A stretch of 61,359 nucleotides of DNA, the filler included. It is 3 parts of 3 records of this genome, joined end to end, with 100 filler letters (N's around TTAATTAATTAA, not from the genome) between each part and the next. Parts side by side here need not be neighbours in the genome. Positions count along the whole stretch, not along the records: positions 51,580 to 61,359 come from SRR20825019_1036; 2 more parts are not named here. One strand, 5' to 3'. Shown here piece by piece: positions 60,201 through 61,359 of the stretch. The translations under genes were made by a program, and so were the position numbers. Numbering within the stretch: the stretch's first letter is position 1; each line of letters begins with the position of its first letter. Under the pieces are notes generated by a model that saw only the letters and a list, made by a program, of their open reading frames with translations, was not told the origin of the DNA and did no database searches.

Positions 60201-61117
60201 CAATATACCAAGGTGGATCTGTGGAAGGCTCCATGGTTGTCCATCCGGACTTGTTTTCCTATAAGGGTGGCGTCTACCAGACTGCAGGAAGCGAAAGGGG
60301 TGGCGGTCACATGGTGAAGATTGTGGGCTGGGGTGTCGAGAAAGGGATGAAATACTGGACAGTTCAGAATTCATGGGGTACCAACTGGGGTGAGGCTGGT
60401 TTCTTCCGGATTCGCCGGGGTGTGAATGAGTGTCGCATTGAGGATATGTTCAGATGGGCTGATCCTCTTCGGACATGCAAGAACGATTGCACTGGGCGTG
60501 GTCTTTGCAACAATGGCGCGACGGTTAATGATGCTGGATCATGCCAATGCGCTGTTGGCTTTACAGGAGAGGAATGCGGCACTATAACCCTTGACCACAT
60601 GAATCCTGCCAATTCTTACTGGACGAATGCCAAGGACGGAGAAAGTGTGATGATGCAATCTATTGATAACCGGCTTACATCCGGTACACTCACCCCGGAA
60701 AGCAAGGCCCAAATTGATTTTTGCGGCAAGAAGGAGTCCAATACAAAGGGCTTTGATCTTGTCAACAGATATTGTGGTGCGAAGGTTGCTGTAGGAGGGG
60801 ATTGCTCTGCGGATTGCAAGAAGTACTTAGAGGAGCACATAACCCGAATGAAAACATGCGGAACCAAGGCCGCGGATTTCCTCGTTTGGGGTAACAGGCC
60901 CGCCACCTTGATGGTGAAGCAGTGTGGGCTCATGTCGGCTTTGGGTGTGTCCCTAGGACAATTCCAGGCGGTTCGTTCACGCCGGCGGGGCGCCGGGAGC
61001 CAATCGTCGAATGATAACAGCTCATACAGCAGCTCGTCATCGAGTGCTGGCGCCGCAATTCCGAAAGCGGGGTGGTTGGTTCTGACAGCTCTAATTGCAC
61101 TGATCTTGCTGTTCTAA
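57284..61117 (+). CDS. GPI-anchored multidomain papain-family (C1A, cathepsin B-like) cysteine protease
   Basis: Signal peptide; LPDSFDIR, QGVCGSCWAF, GGHMVKIVGWG, QNSWGTNWG; EGF-like module; Ser-rich spacer plus hydrophobic C-terminal tail; start may be at 57275 or 57284. Confidence 0.9.
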   Translation: MKSSLKLSPGLVVGLVLFSALGVEAVQLRQGVRKFRELHDPKSSSVGVEGADWDISAENKALYDDQERFVFTCTGTEAKAPKTFPSKFLECCQPVHWLIPRKLDADKDSIKDSDLSADYARAHDAGLEWLQQQVLRDPFETYSRECLEAITEVKCLGFRRCDGDNVQHVCAKSCNYVQKVCAKHMDAIIFPAFKDCNNTEFWDQGNENCLTREALGGDAWEVPDRCVAPQDLRHKDIAAFEENKENALAGFKPGDDELTEEKALEVVHALQNLLVHIFSVSYHGAQDGWVRDTVNDANGIHQEVVSKEDEVWELEETLKQYLSDIDAMMSDSANKNIMDMLQTAQSHVAAAISHLDIAAEHRAEFGHHLANMIMKSRIPHKLPKPINKLPSTIPLSKMPAQEAASNAAAPTEKGEKKPGSPSIKTPKQAGAGSLAVTPSPVEPVDSPSSGSGNNQGDVRNLGELDPPDRFSGQGESEGTSRNEENVDGMDRPEATVSSGASNSESGIPGSKGSSATGSQANSPGSATEPSLSKIIQISNAVLKGLNEERAKCLPVPLTNIVQVFPVTQPVLVEKNSWSVHVSFGQGVTKVMYEDNDSSIDQLKFDPSPCQLDSNQGDGVTEIGTEEVDVKNAAAAAINLFNSARGNCAPTRKPIDPTTVVLEASEVQIVRGRIVYLQLRMTDPETKSVFIQKLQLWYKPDGSMVLEAGDPGLCGGSDPAPALDETVKAATPSKAIEHSMHTWDRRFYDQFHGPDRALPTLSMSEAMWTIASQENDDEDIPMTVIEDLPDSFDIRQGENTKECVRGPGNQGVCGSCWAFSSTFVLAERYCVQSGGKINVHLSPQDALECNTMPGAMHCCGGQPYESWQFLSQVGVREERCVPYKDSGTVCPMSGSGGMQNKIQRTCLETFSDKSCVRYRAVGGMSGAAAGSRVKRQGRLAKREDYVARKSSTFTRDLNADTPEYRELERIVMTAIYQGGSVEGSMVVHPDLFSYKGGVYQTAGSERGGGHMVKIVGWGVEKGMKYWTVQNSWGTNWGEAGFFRIRRGVNECRIEDMFRWADPLRTCKNDCTGRGLCNNGATVNDAGSCQCAVGFTGEECGTITLDHMNPANSYWTNAKDGESVMMQSIDNRLTSGTLTPESKAQIDFCGKKESNTKGFDLVNRYCGAKVAVGGDCSADCKKYLEEHITRMKTCGTKAADFLVWGNRPATLMVKQCGLMSALGVSLGQFQAVRSRRRGAGSQSSNDNSSYSSSSSSAGAAIPKAGWLVLTALIALILLF

Positions 61118-61266
61118 ACTTAGAATCAAAACTTCTACATAAAAACTCTGTTACGAATATCTCAATACAACGAAAATATTGACCTGAAAAGGAGCAAGAG
61201 CGTCCTCCGCACGGCGGCGCGCTGTGACGCAGCCGGGCTCAGTCGTGGCCAAGCAGCGTTGCCGAA

Positions 61267-61288
61267 TTGGCGGGAAGTTGGCGCGAAA
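61267..61288. promoter_or_regulatory. Two tandem E2F-like sites
   Basis: TTGGCGGGAA and TTGGCGCGAAA, 11 bp apart. Confidence 0.3.
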
Positions 61289-61359
61289 CTCGCCACCATA
61301 ATCGGAAGAAGGCCTATCCCGCCGGCCCACGCCGCCTCCCCCCCCCCCCCCCCCCCCCC

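Noticed and set aside
30024-61359. Horizontal transfer between bacteria and a eukaryote
   Set aside because: The composition shifts fall exactly at the artificial spacers
61339-61359. Terminal poly-C as a telomere or G-quadruplex
   Set aside because: A homopolymer at a contig end with no repeat unit; most likely a sequencing or assembly artefact
1-61359. CRISPR arrays, transposases, integrases, prophage or defence systems
   Set aside because: No regularly spaced repeat-spacer array and no ORF with the corresponding motifs was seen

Overview
The window is not one locus. It is three unrelated contigs joined by artificial 100-nt spacers (44 N + TTAATTAATTAA + 44 N, at 30024-30123 and 51480-51579). 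(1) 1-30023 is AT-rich Flavobacteriaceae-like DNA. It carries msrA/OsmC redox genes, a sigma54-type two-component system divergent from a large MacAB/TolC-type ABC export operon, and an Hpt-RR-HEAT-GT2-LtaS-like-YaiO operon that looks like an uncharacterised synthase-dependent polysaccharide secretion system. A convergent solute-binding-protein/kinase/receiver triad and a truncated tRNA-Ser follow. (2) 30124-51479 is GC-rich Marinobacter-like core genome (pldA, cytochrome c5, rep, GGDEF-EAL, tex, gshA, rmf, fliL, dsbB, rsd, FKBP, yheS, ppx, trxA) with an apparently inserted copper radical oxidase plus a His1 partner gene. (3) 51580-61359 is a eukaryotic (protist-like) contig with spliceosomal introns. 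It encodes RFT1, a head-to-head pair of paralogous membrane proteins whose motif spacing matches caveolin, and an intronless GPI-anchored papain-family protease with Frizzled-CRD-like, cystatin-like and EGF domains. The top candidates for novelty are the caveolin-like pair, the mosaic protease, the phosphorelay-linked polysaccharide system and the copper oxidase/partner pair. All family assignments come from motif recognition by eye; no searches were run.
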